Assembly: GCA_965215605.1 (NCBI GenBank)
Contig: OZ244070.1
Span: forward strand, 1,952,001-2,016,000
Direction: 5' to 3'
Source of the DNA: an uncultured Candidatus Binatia bacterium
Lineage (GTDB): Bacteria > Desulfobacterota > Binatia > UBA9968 > JAJDTQ01
Length of the DNA: 64,000 bases
Part shown: positions 30,431-39,977 of the stretch, piece after piece
How positions within the stretch are numbered: position 1 is the stretch's first letter
How the letters are laid out: every line of letters starts with the position of its first letter
Notes under the pieces: model-generated
What the model saw: only the letters and a program-made list of their open reading frames with translations
Databases searched by the model: none
What the model was told of the DNA's origin: nothing
Made by a program: the position numbers and the translations under genes

Positions 30431-31671
30431 CCGGGATGGACGAAAGAAGCCTGCTCCGGGGCTTGTTCGAGGCGGCGGTCGCCACCGCCGAACCGGCCAA
30501 GGTGATCCCGCCGCATCTGCCTTCGCCGCCGCCCGGCCGCACCCTCGTGCTGGCCGCCGGCAAGGCGGCGGCTTCCATGGCCCGGGCCGTCGAGCAAAGC
30601 TGGCCGAACGACGTCGAAGGCATCGCCGTTACCCGGTACGGCCATGGCGTCGATTGCGAACGAATCGAGGTCGTCGAGGCCGGCCATCCGTTGCCCGACG
30701 AGGCGGGGCAGGGCGCGGCATCGCGCTTTCTCTCGACTGCCGCCGGGCTGGGGCTGGACGACCTGCTGCTGTTTCTGCTTTCCGGCGGCGCGTCCGCACT
30801 GCTGGTGGAACCGCAACCTGGCCTCAGCCTGGATGACAAGCGGGCCATCAACCGCGCGTTGCTGGCCGCCGGCGCTCCCATCGCCGAGATCAACTGCCTG
30901 CGCAAGCACCTGTCCGCCATCAAGGGAGGGCGCCTCGCAGCAACGGCCGCCCCGGCGCGCGTCGTGACCCTCGCCATCTCGGACGTACCCGGCGACGACC
31001 CGACGGTCATCGGTTCCGGTCCGACCTTGGCGGACCCCACCTCCTGCGCCGACGCGCTCGCGGTGGCCGGCCGCTACGGCGTCGAGCTGCCGGAGGGGGC
31101 ACGGACGGCACTGGAGGAGGGTGGATGGGAAACCGTGAAGCCCGGGGACTCTTGCCTGACGCGGGCCGACTATGTGCTGGTGGCGCGTCCCGCGGACGCG
31201 CTCGCGGCGGCTGCCGCCAAGGCGCGTGAGATGGGTCTCGATGTAGTCCAGCTCGGCGACGACCTTCAGGGCGAGGCGAGGGAAATGGGTGCGGCACATG
31301 CGGAGCTAGCACTGCAACAGGGCCGCGGCGTGTTGATTTCAGGGGGCGAAGCCACGGTCATGGTCAACGGACCGGGCGGAAGGGGCGGCCCCAACTGCGA
31401 ATACCTCCTGGCACTGGCCGTGGCCCTCGACGGCGCGCCGAATGTCCATGCCATCGCCTGCGACACCGACGGCATCGACGGCTCTGCGGACGCCGCCGGC
31501 GCCTTCATCGGTCCCGACACCTTGGCGCGCGCCTATGCCGTTGGAGTGGAGCCGCGGGATATGCTGGCCCGGCACGACAGCTACGAATTTTTTCGGCGGC
31601 TCGGCGATCTGGTGATGACCGGCCCGTCACGCACCAACGTCAACGATTTTCGCGCTGTCCTGATCGCCTGA
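30427..31671 (+). CDS. Glycerate 2-kinase (MOFRL family)
   Basis: 'AGKAA', 'EAGHPLPD', 'LSGGASAL', 'KHLSAIKGG', 'SDVPGD', 'TDGIDG', 'TNVND'. Confidence 0.9.
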   Translation: MTGMDERSLLRGLFEAAVATAEPAKVIPPHLPSPPPGRTLVLAAGKAAASMARAVEQSWPNDVEGIAVTRYGHGVDCERIEVVEAGHPLPDEAGQGAASRFLSTAAGLGLDDLLLFLLSGGASALLVEPQPGLSLDDKRAINRALLAAGAPIAEINCLRKHLSAIKGGRLAATAAPARVVTLAISDVPGDDPTVIGSGPTLADPTSCADALAVAGRYGVELPEGARTALEEGGWETVKPGDSCLTRADYVLVARPADALAAAAAKAREMGLDVVQLGDDLQGEAREMGAAHAELALQQGRGVLISGGEATVMVNGPGGRGGPNCEYLLALAVALDGAPNVHAIACDTDGIDGSADAAGAFIGPDTLARAYAVGVEPRDMLARHDSYEFFRRLGDLVMTGPSRTNVNDFRAVLIA

Positions 31672-31727
31672 AGACAATCGCTGGGCGTTGGGAACCAGTC
31701 GTTCATTGATGCAAGGGAGTTTGAACC

Positions 31728-32127
31728 ATGATTTATGCGTACCCGTGTAATCTGATTCCCGACGAAGACGGGGCTCTGGTAGTCACCTTCCCTGACGTGC
31801 CTGAGGCGATCACCGGTGGAGAGAACCGGTCTCAGGCTCTGGAAAGAGGGGAGGACGCCCTCGCCACCGCTTTGGCTGGTTACGTCCATGAGAGATGAAG
31901 GCCAGGACTTGGTCGTTGTACCCACTGTCGTGGCCGCCAAGCTTGCGCTCTACTCTGCCATGCGCACTCAACACGTTACCAAAGTAGAGCTTGCCGTCAG
32001 GCTCGGCATCAGTGAGTCCGCCGTGCGGAAGCTGGTCGACCCGGACCACCGGTCGCACATCAGTCAGGTGCAAAAGGCGCTCCGCGCCGTAGGGCAAAAT
32101 TTGGTCATCGAAGTAATCGCTGCATGA
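31728..32127 (+). pseudogene. hicB: Frameshifted HicB-family antitoxin (no hicA present)
   Basis: N-terminal frame 'VVTFPDVPEAITGG...EDALATAL' stops at TGA 31896; HTH half 'AAKLALYSAM...ELAVRLGISE' is in another frame. Confidence 0.75.
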
Positions 32128-32166
32128 CGGCGCCATTTCAGGACGAAGTTCATGCCGCCCGACAAA

Positions 32167-33216
32167 TCAGGCCAACCGCACCCCGAACTCCTCCCGCCCG
32201 GTTACATGCCCGACGATGGTGGCCGCCGGCACGTCGCGTTCCACGAGCGCCTTGACCAGGCTCTCGCCGTCCTTTTCCGCCACGGCGATCAGCAAACCGC
32301 CGGAGGTCTGGGGGTCGAGGGCGACCTCGGCGAGGGCGTCGGAGACGGTGTCGGCGATGAGGGTCTTGCCGTCGAGGTACTCGCGGTTGCGCTTGCAGCC
32401 GCCGGTGAGGTTGCCGCCGGCCTCGGCGAGTTCGGCGATGTCTTGAAACACGGGCAGCCGGGCGGCTTCGAAGACGATGCTGACGCGGCCGTCGAGGGTC
32501 ATCTCCAGGCCGTGGCCCAGCAGGCCGTAGCCGGTGATGTCCGAGCAGGCATGGACGTCGTAGTCCTTCATGACCGCGGCGGCGTACTTGTTGAGGGTGG
32601 CCATGGACGCCACCGCCTGATCGATGCTGGCCTGGGAGGCGTTGCCGCGCTTGAGGGCGGTGGTGGCGATGCCGGTTCCCAGGGGCTTGGTGAGGATCAG
32701 CACGTCGCCTTCCTTGGCGCCGATGTTGCGCAGGATGCGATCGGGGTGAACGGTGCCGGTCACCGCCAGCCCGTACTTGATCTCTTCGTCGATGATGGAG
32801 TGGCCGCCGACGATGACCGCGCCGGACTCGATGACCTTGTCGGCGCCGCCCCGCAGCACTTCGCCCAGCACCTCGATCTCCATCTTCCCCTTGGGGAAGC
32901 AGACGATGTTGAGGGCGGTGGCGGGCTCGCCGCCCATGGCGTAGACGTCGCTCAGCGAGTTGGTGGCGGCGATCTGGCCGAACATGTACGGGTCGTCCAC
33001 GATGGGCGTGAAGAAGTCCACCGTGTTGACGATGGCCAGGTCGGGACGCAACTGGAACACGCCGGCGTCGTCGGCCGTCTCGGTTCCTACGAGCAGTTCC
33101 GGGGATGCGAACTTGGGAAGTTGGTGCAGGACCTGCACCAGGTCGGCGGGGCCGAGCTTGGCCGCTCAGCCGGCGGCCTTGACTTCCTGGGTCAGTCGGA
33201 TGGCTTCCGTGGACAT
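32167..33216 (-). CDS. selD: Selenophosphate synthetase, selenoprotein (Sec17 encoded by UGA)
   Basis: MSTEAIRLTQEVKAAG-UGA(33168-33166)-AAKLG; 'DDAGV', 'TVDFFTPIVDDP', 'DPQTSGGLL'; GGAG RBS; follows selA and selB. Confidence 0.93.
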
Positions 33217-33256
33217 TCCAGACTCCTTCGGACCGTGGGTCCGGGCCTACGGTCCA

Positions 33257-35167
33257 TCAGCTTCTTCCCGCCTTGAGCTTTCTCACGTCGCCCACCCGCA
33301 TGGTCACGCCGGTACGGTCGAAGTGCTCCAGGACCGGGATGGTGTACTTGCGGCTCGACTGCAGGATGTCCCTGAAGGTGGCCGCGCTCATCTCCTCGTG
33401 GGTCTCGAAGTAGCTATATAAATCGGCCTTGATCCTGTCAATGGAAGCCTTGAGATAGTAGAGCTCGGTGGTCACTCGGACCACTTCCCCCTGCCGTTCC
33501 ATGACCCGGATTACCTCGTTGAGCTTCGGCCGCTGGACGCCCAGGGCCTTCTCGATCTCCTTCAGGTAGGGCGGGGCGAGGGGGTTCCTGGCCAGCGCGG
33601 CGGTGATGTCCGCGGAAAGGGACTTCTCCCGGCCCCCCAACTCCACGCGGTGGTCCGGTAGACGCAGGTGGTTGCCGTCCCGGACGCACACGCCCTCGGC
33701 CGCCAGGAGATCCGCCAGGTCGCGGAACAGCCGCGCCGATACGCCGGCGGCGAGTCTCGCCCGGACCTCCTCCAGGTCCATGCCCGGCGCCAGCGTATGG
33801 CTCTTGTGGAAAGCCTCCAGGGCCGAGCGGAGGCGCTCCCGGAAACCGTTCCACTTGTCCTCGGTGGTGTAGACTCGCTCCCGCTCGGAATCGAAGGAGC
33901 GGAGCCCCTCGGTCCGCTCGAGCCAGTCGCGGGTCTCGTCCCGCTTCAGGTTGAGGAACTGGCAGATGGAGTCGAGTCCCGTGGCCAGGCTGGCGTCCCC
34001 GTCCAGAAAGCCCCGGATCATTTCCGGCGTGTCGCCCTCGCGCAGGGTCCGCAGCCGCTCCTCGACATCCTTCTCCCGGCGCCGGTGCCGCCGCGCCCGG
34101 GGGTCCACGACCTCGCCGCCGCCCAGGGTCCGTTGCGCGGTCTCGTCCCGCACGATGAAATGGTCGCCGCGCATGACCAGCAGCGGCTCGGTCAGCAGCA
34201 CTTGGCAGTAGGCCGTCTCCTTGGGCTCCACCTTCTCGATGTCTCCCAGGAAGATGAGCTTTCCCATGCGTTCGGCGGTGCCCAGGTGGATGCGTACGCG
34301 CTGATGATTATTGATCCCCTTGGCGGCCGCGGGCCGCACTTCCAGGTGCGCGTCGAATCGGGTGGATGCAAGGGTCAGTTCCTCGTGGCAGATCATGTGG
34401 CCGCGTTCCAGGGCGCCGCGGTCCTGGCCGGTGAGGTTCAGGGCCACGCGCTGGCCCCAGCCCGCGGACTCCACCGACTGGCCGTGCACCTGAATGCTGC
34501 GCACCCGGAACTTCTGGCCGCCGGGCACCGCGTGCACGTGGTCGCCGGCGCGCACCTCCCCCGCCAGCCCGGTGCCCGTGACGATGACCCCGTGGCCCTG
34601 GAGCACGAACACCCGGTCCACCGGCAGCCGGAAGAAGCCGCTGGGCGCCGGCCGGTCGATGCGTTCCAGCAGCTCGACGATGCCGCTCCGGACCTGCTCC
34701 AGCCCTTCACCCGAGACCGCCGAGAAGTGCGCCACCCGGGAGCCTTCCAATGCGGTCTCGAAGGTCAGGATTTCGATCTCTTCCTCCACTTCCCGCACCC
34801 TCGCCTCGGAAACCAGGTCCACCTTGGTGATGACGAACAGGGCGGTACGCACTCCCAGGAGATGGACGATGTCCAGGTGCTCCTCGGTCTGCGGCATGAC
34901 GCCGTCGTCCGCGGCCACCGTGAACAGCACCATGTCGATGCCGTGGGCGCCGGCGAGCATGTTCCGGATGAAGCGCTCGTGCCCGGGCACGTCTACGATG
35001 CCTGCCTCGCCGCCGTCCGGAAGCGCCAGGTGGGCGAACCCCAGGTCGATGGAGATGCCGCGTTCCTTCTCCTCCTTGAGGCGGTCGGTGTCTTTGCCGG
35101 TGAGGGCCTTGATGAGGCTCGTCTTGCCGTGGTCGATGTGGCCGGCGGTGCCGATGATAAAGGGCAT
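33257..35167 (-). CDS. selB: Selenocysteine-specific elongation factor
   Basis: 'GTAGHIDHGKT', 'DVPGHERF', C-terminal winged helix 'SRKYTIPVLEHFD'. Confidence 0.96.
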   Translation of the reverse strand: MPFIIGTAGHIDHGKTSLIKALTGKDTDRLKEEKERGISIDLGFAHLALPDGGEAGIVDVPGHERFIRNMLAGAHGIDMVLFTVAADDGVMPQTEEHLDIVHLLGVRTALFVITKVDLVSEARVREVEEEIEILTFETALEGSRVAHFSAVSGEGLEQVRSGIVELLERIDRPAPSGFFRLPVDRVFVLQGHGVIVTGTGLAGEVRAGDHVHAVPGGQKFRVRSIQVHGQSVESAGWGQRVALNLTGQDRGALERGHMICHEELTLASTRFDAHLEVRPAAAKGINNHQRVRIHLGTAERMGKLIFLGDIEKVEPKETAYCQVLLTEPLLVMRGDHFIVRDETAQRTLGGGEVVDPRARRHRRREKDVEERLRTLREGDTPEMIRGFLDGDASLATGLDSICQFLNLKRDETRDWLERTEGLRSFDSERERVYTTEDKWNGFRERLRSALEAFHKSHTLAPGMDLEEVRARLAAGVSARLFRDLADLLAAEGVCVRDGNHLRLPDHRVELGGREKSLSADITAALARNPLAPPYLKEIEKALGVQRPKLNEVIRVMERQGEVVRVTTELYYLKASIDRIKADLYSYFETHEEMSAATFRDILQSSRKYTIPVLEHFDRTGVTMRVGDVRKLKAGRS

Positions 35168-35201
35168 GGCGTTGGCGGCGCGGCGCGCGTCAGAGCGGCC
35201 G

Positions 35202-36593
35202 TTACCGGTCCGGGAGGTTGGGCACCAGCGACTCGGGCTCGCCCGCGCTCCTCAGGTCGAGGATGAAGCGGTCGCTGTTGATGCGGCCGATGACGGGCGG
35301 TTCGGCGCGGCGGAAGACGCGAGACACGTCTTCGGCGCTCATGCCGCGGCCGCTCACCGCGATGCCCTTGCTCGGGATCTCTTCGGTGGGGAGGGCGCCG
35401 CTGCCGATCTGGCAGGTGGAGTCCACCATCTCCGCCTCGTAGTCCGGACCCAGCCGGTCCCGCAACAGCGGCAGCACCCTCCGGCCGCCCTCCGCGATCT
35501 CGCCGAGAGGGCGGCTGAAGGCCCGCAGGGTCGGGATCTCGTTCAGCAGGTCCGGGGACTGGACGTAGCTCCGGAGCGTGGCCTCCAGCGCCGCCAGGGT
35601 GAGCTTGTCGCAGCGCAGGGCGCGCTTGAGGGGGTTGCGGTTCATGCGCTCGATCCAGAGTCGGGTCCCGGCCACGAGCCCCGCCTGCGGTCCGCCGAGA
35701 ATCTTGTCGCCGCTGAAGGTGACCACGTCGGCTCCCATGGCCACGCGCTCCGCCACCAGCGGCTCCCGGGGCAGCCCCAGCTTCGACAGGTCCACCAGCG
35801 CGCCGCTGCCCAGATCCTCCATCACCGGCACTCCCCGCTCCCGGCCGATGGCCACCAGGTCCTTGAGCTCCACCTCCGCGGCGAAGCCCACCACCCGGTA
35901 GTTGCTGGTGTGAACCTTGAGCAGCAGCCCGGTGTTCTCGTCGATGGCCTCGGCGTAGTCCCGCGGGTGGGTGCGGTTGGTGGTGCCGACTTCCCGGAGC
36001 AGGGCGCCGCTCTTGGCCATGACCTCCGGGATCCGGAACGAGCCGCCGATCTCGATGAGCTCGCCGCGGGACACGATGACGTGCTTGCCTTCGGCCATGG
36101 AGTTGAGCCCCAGCAGCACCGCCGCGGCGTTGTTGTTCACCACCGCCGCGGCCGCGGCCCCGGTCAGCTCCCGGAGCAGCGACTCGATGGCGTCCTCCCG
36201 CTGGCCGCGCTTGCCCCGGTGGAGGTCGAACTCCAGGTTGACCGGGTGGCGCGCGGCGAGGCTCGCGGCTTCCGCCGCAGCCTCCGAAAGCAGCGCCCGT
36301 CCCAGGTTGGTGTGCAGGATGGTCCCGGAAGCGTTCACCACCCGGACCATGCCCGGGCGGGCGGCCAGAGCGAGCTTCTTTTCCAGGTCCGTTATGATAG
36401 ATTCGTCCTGCAGCCGGTCGGGTGGAAGGCCGTCGCCGGACTTGATGGCCTGCCTCAATTCGTCGATGAGGTCGCGGAGGGTTTCCGTCACGAACGGCCG
36501 GCTGAACCGCTCCAGCAACGGCGCCGCGGCAGGGTGGCTCATGACGCGGTCCACGGAGGGCAGCTCACGCAGCAGGTTCGTTTCCGGTTTCAT
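35202..36593 (-). CDS. selA: L-seryl-tRNA(Sec) selenium transferase
   Basis: 'HTNLGRA', 'VNNNAAA', 'IEIGGSFRIP', 'FSGDKILGGPQAG'. Confidence 0.96.
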   Translation of the reverse strand: MKPETNLLRELPSVDRVMSHPAAAPLLERFSRPFVTETLRDLIDELRQAIKSGDGLPPDRLQDESIITDLEKKLALAARPGMVRVVNASGTILHTNLGRALLSEAAAEAASLAARHPVNLEFDLHRGKRGQREDAIESLLRELTGAAAAAVVNNNAAAVLLGLNSMAEGKHVIVSRGELIEIGGSFRIPEVMAKSGALLREVGTTNRTHPRDYAEAIDENTGLLLKVHTSNYRVVGFAAEVELKDLVAIGRERGVPVMEDLGSGALVDLSKLGLPREPLVAERVAMGADVVTFSGDKILGGPQAGLVAGTRLWIERMNRNPLKRALRCDKLTLAALEATLRSYVQSPDLLNEIPTLRAFSRPLGEIAEGGRRVLPLLRDRLGPDYEAEMVDSTCQIGSGALPTEEIPSKGIAVSGRGMSAEDVSRVFRRAEPPVIGRINSDRFILDLRSAGEPESLVPNLPDR

Positions 36594-36676
36594 GAGTTCG
36601 TGACGCGGCCCCGGTGTCCTGTCCGGTTCATGCGCACCAAGCTCAAACTAGCCCTTCGGCAGGGTAGACGCAAATC

Positions 36677-37879
36677 TTGACAACCCCCCCTCCAGCCGAG
36701 CCGCGGCGCTGGTTCTTCCTGTTCATCGCCACGCTGTCGCAGACGGCGATGTCCACCATCCACATGGGCATCCCGACCATCGTGCCGCTCATCCAGTCGG
36801 AGCTCGGCCTGAACCTCACCGAGGTCGGAATCCTGGTTTCGATGATCAACGTCGGGGTGGTGGCCGCGGTCCTGGGAATGGGCAAGGCGGCGGACCGCTA
36901 CGGCGAGCGGCGCATCATCGGCTACGGTACCGCGGCGTGCGGACTGCTGGTCCTGAGCGTCCACTTCGCCGGCGGCTTCATCGCGCTGCTGCTGGTGTTT
37001 CTGCTCCTGGGGGTGCCGGTGGCCACCAGCACGCCGGCGGGCAGCAAGGCGGTGGCGGGATGGTTCCCGGACCGGGAACGGGGCATGGCCATGGGCGTGC
37101 GCCAGACCGGCATACCGCTGGGCGGCACCATCGGCGCCCTCACGCTGCCGGCCATGGGCTTGGTCTTCGGCTGGCGGTGGGCGTTGTCCCTGGTGGGCGT
37201 GGTCACCATCCTCGCGGGACTGCTGGTGCTGGTCTGCTACAAGGAACCCCGGCGGCCTCCGGCGGCGGGCGGCGCCGAGCCCGCGGGCGGCCTCAAGGAC
37301 ATCGCGCGGCGCTCGGGCATCTGGGCCGCGGCGTTCTATGCCGCGGTGCTGGCGGGGTGCCAGTGGTGCTACATCAGCTACATCGAACTCTACCTCACCG
37401 AGCACATCTTCTATCCGCTGGTGTTCGCCGCCCACCTGCTGGCGGTGGGACAGGCCTGCGGCGGCACCGGCCGCATCGTCTTCGGCATCGCCAGCGACCG
37501 GGTCTTCTTCGGGCGGCGGGTGCCGGTGCTGGTGATGCTCGGGGTCGTCGGCACCGTCGCCGGAGTGGCCACGGCCCTGCTGTCGCCGGACATGCCGGCG
37601 TGGCTCGTGGCCCTGGTGGTCTGGCTTCTCGGACTCGGCACCATGAGCTGGCAGGGCTTGTATCTCGCCCTGGTCGCCAAGATCGCCGGCACCCGCGTGG
37701 CCGGGGTCGCCATCGGCATGACCAACACCGTGGCGTTCGTGGGCGTGGTGGCGCTGCCGCCCATCTTCGGCTCCATCGCGGACTACACGGAATCCTACCG
37801 GATGGCCTGGATCGCCATGGCCGTCGCCATCGCGCTGCCGCTGCCGTTCCTTTGGAGAGTCAGGGAGGACTCGCTGTAG
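36677..37879 (+). CDS. MFS transporter
   Basis: About 12 hydrophobic segments; 'GKAADRYGER', 'WFPDRERG'. Confidence 0.85.
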   Translation: MTTPPPAEPRRWFFLFIATLSQTAMSTIHMGIPTIVPLIQSELGLNLTEVGILVSMINVGVVAAVLGMGKAADRYGERRIIGYGTAACGLLVLSVHFAGGFIALLLVFLLLGVPVATSTPAGSKAVAGWFPDRERGMAMGVRQTGIPLGGTIGALTLPAMGLVFGWRWALSLVGVVTILAGLLVLVCYKEPRRPPAAGGAEPAGGLKDIARRSGIWAAAFYAAVLAGCQWCYISYIELYLTEHIFYPLVFAAHLLAVGQACGGTGRIVFGIASDRVFFGRRVPVLVMLGVVGTVAGVATALLSPDMPAWLVALVVWLLGLGTMSWQGLYLALVAKIAGTRVAGVAIGMTNTVAFVGVVALPPIFGSIADYTESYRMAWIAMAVAIALPLPFLWRVREDSL

Positions 37880-37988
37880 GCCGGATGCGGTGCGAAGGGC
37901 TTCTTCCAAGGCGCCCCTGTCGTGTGTCCATCGTTGGCGTCTGGCGGCCCTCCAGCAATTGGCACGTGACCATCCGAGGACGCGCATC

Positions 37989-38996
37989 GTGAACATCCCC
38001 GTTCTGACATTCTTCAACAACAAGAGTGGTGTCGGGAAAACGTCTCTTGTCTACCACTTGGCCTGGATACTGTCACAGACGGGGCATCGAGTCCTCACTT
38101 GTGATCTGGACCCGCAGGCCAACCTCTCCGCGGCGTTCCTTAACGAAGATCGACTGGAAAGACTGTGGGAAGGGGAAGATGGCGGCAAGACGATTTTCAA
38201 GAGCGTCAAACCACTGTTGGAGGTCGGCGATCTGTTGCCTCCCGTACTTCAGGAAATCACCCCGGAACTCAGCCTGATACCTGGCGATCTGGCCCTGTCC
38301 GGGTTTGAGGACACCTTGTCCGGGCAGTGGCCGGATGCGCTCGGCTCCGGCGACCTGTATCGTCCGTTTCGGATTCTCACGTCGTTCTGGACGGTGATGC
38401 AAGCAGGTGCGAGTGCCATGAAGGCTACCGTCATTCTCGCCGATGTGGGCCCCAACCTGGGTGCCATCAACCGTTCCGCCCTGATCGCCACGGATCATGT
38501 CGTCGTCCCACTCGGATCCGATCTCTTCTCATTCCAAGGGCTCCGCAACCTTGGCCCGACCCTCCGGCGCTGGCGCGAAGATTGGACCAAACGGATGGAC
38601 AACTGGGATTCCCTGCAATTCCCGTTGCCCGGCGGTCGGATGAAACCGCTCGGTTACATCGTTCAACAGCACAGTGTCCGACTGAGCCGCCCGGTCAAGG
38701 CGTATGACCGGTGGGTCAACAGGATGCCGGAAGAATATGGCCGTAATCTGCTTGAACAGGAGGCCCCATTCCCCGCCTCTCCACGGGAGGATGAGCATTG
38801 CCTCGCCACCGTCAAGCACTACCGGAGCCTCGTCCGCATGGGGCAGGAGAGCCGCAAGCCGATTTTCGACCTCACCACGGCGGATGGCGCAATCGGCAGC
38901 CATGCCGCCGCGGTGCACGAAGCACGCCGCGATTTCAGGGCGCTGGCGAAGTTGATTGTCGAGAAAGCGGGCCTCGCGGCCGACGGCGGTTCCTGA
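37989..38996 (+). CDS. Orphan ParA/Soj-family ATPase
   Basis: Deviant Walker A 'NNKSGVGKTS', 'DLDPQANLS', 'ADVGPNLG'; GAGGA RBS before GTG. Confidence 0.85.
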   Translation: MNIPVLTFFNNKSGVGKTSLVYHLAWILSQTGHRVLTCDLDPQANLSAAFLNEDRLERLWEGEDGGKTIFKSVKPLLEVGDLLPPVLQEITPELSLIPGDLALSGFEDTLSGQWPDALGSGDLYRPFRILTSFWTVMQAGASAMKATVILADVGPNLGAINRSALIATDHVVVPLGSDLFSFQGLRNLGPTLRRWREDWTKRMDNWDSLQFPLPGGRMKPLGYIVQQHSVRLSRPVKAYDRWVNRMPEEYGRNLLEQEAPFPASPREDEHCLATVKHYRSLVRMGQESRKPIFDLTTADGAIGSHAAAVHEARRDFRALAKLIVEKAGLAADGGS

Positions 38997-39053
38997 CAAC
39001 AGACGTGGAACTCCATCCCGCGTCGCTGATCCAGGCTGGCCGGCTCTCTAGGG

Positions 39054-39890
39054 TCAACTCCCCAGACAGTACTCCGCGATCTCTCGGTACGTGGGTTGCC
39101 AGATCTCGTCGAGGTGCCGGTTGACGTACTCGATGATGCGCTCGAAGCCGGCGGCGAGATAGGGCCGGCCGCCCAACTCGGCGTGGACGCAGGCGTCGAT
39201 CATGCCCGGGCGCCCTCGCTGGGCTTCGTCGTAGACAAAGTCGAAACCGTCCTTGAACCCGGTGAAGAACGTGCCGGCGTTGCCCAGGCCGTTGCCCCAG
39301 GCGCGCCAGTCGTTGGCGTACCAGGTCTTGGGAATGACGCAGATGCGCCGGCCGTCGACCGACTCCACGTGGGGGATGTCGTCGTCCGACGGGTCCCCGG
39401 ACCACAGGTAGCCCGCCTCGGCAAGGAGCCCCAACGTGACGTCGGTGTGATGGCCGCCCGGACCGAACCAGCCCACCGGCCGCGCTCCGGTGATATCCTC
39501 CAGTATCCGGGTGCAGGAGGCGATCTCCTCCTTCTGCTCTTCCGGGGTCAGCTCGATCATGCTGACCTCGTTGGTGGTACCGTGGCCGGCGATCTCGTGG
39601 CCTGCCTCGTGCAGCGCGCGCACCGCGTCCGGCCATTTCTCCGCCGCCAGCGAGTTCACCAGGATCATGGCGCGGACCTGCTGCCGTTCGAGGATATCGA
39701 GGATGCGCCAGATGCCGGCGTTGCCCCCGTAGTCCGCATGAGACAGCGAGCTGTAGTTCACGTCGATGCGCGAATCCATCTTGAAGCGGCCGGTCTTGCG
39801 GAAGGCTTCCAGGGCCACGCTATAGGTACAGCACACGAGCTTGCCCTCGGGCCACTGAATGGTGCGCCGGAAAGCGGAGTCGTTCGCCAT
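39054..39890 (-). CDS. Polysaccharide deacetylase / PuuE-like protein
   Basis: 'DYGGNAGIWRIL', 'GHEIAGHG', 'RPVGW', 'DDIP'. Confidence 0.82.
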   Translation of the reverse strand: MANDSAFRRTIQWPEGKLVCCTYSVALEAFRKTGRFKMDSRIDVNYSSLSHADYGGNAGIWRILDILERQQVRAMILVNSLAAEKWPDAVRALHEAGHEIAGHGTTNEVSMIELTPEEQKEEIASCTRILEDITGARPVGWFGPGGHHTDVTLGLLAEAGYLWSGDPSDDDIPHVESVDGRRICVIPKTWYANDWRAWGNGLGNAGTFFTGFKDGFDFVYDEAQRGRPGMIDACVHAELGGRPYLAAGFERIIEYVNRHLDEIWQPTYREIAEYCLGS

Positions 39891-39917
39891 GGTGGTTTCC
39901 TTTCGTGACTCGCGGCC

Positions 39918-39946
39918 CCTGGATTCCCGCTTTCGCGGGAATGACG
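39918..39946 (-). repeat. CGTC-type REP palindrome
   Basis: Reverse complement CGTCATTCCCGCGAAAGCGGGAATCCAGG. Confidence 0.8.
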
Positions 39947-39977
39947 CCCCGGGGCGTGGGTGCTATTGCTCTTGTCG

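Noticed and set aside
31896-31898. TGA in hicB as selenocysteine, given the adjacent sel genes
   Set aside because: Downstream homology continues in a different frame and there is no Cys-equivalent position
32167-36680. tRNA-Sec (selC) near selABD
   Set aside because: No tRNA-like sequence recognised; the intergenic gaps are too short
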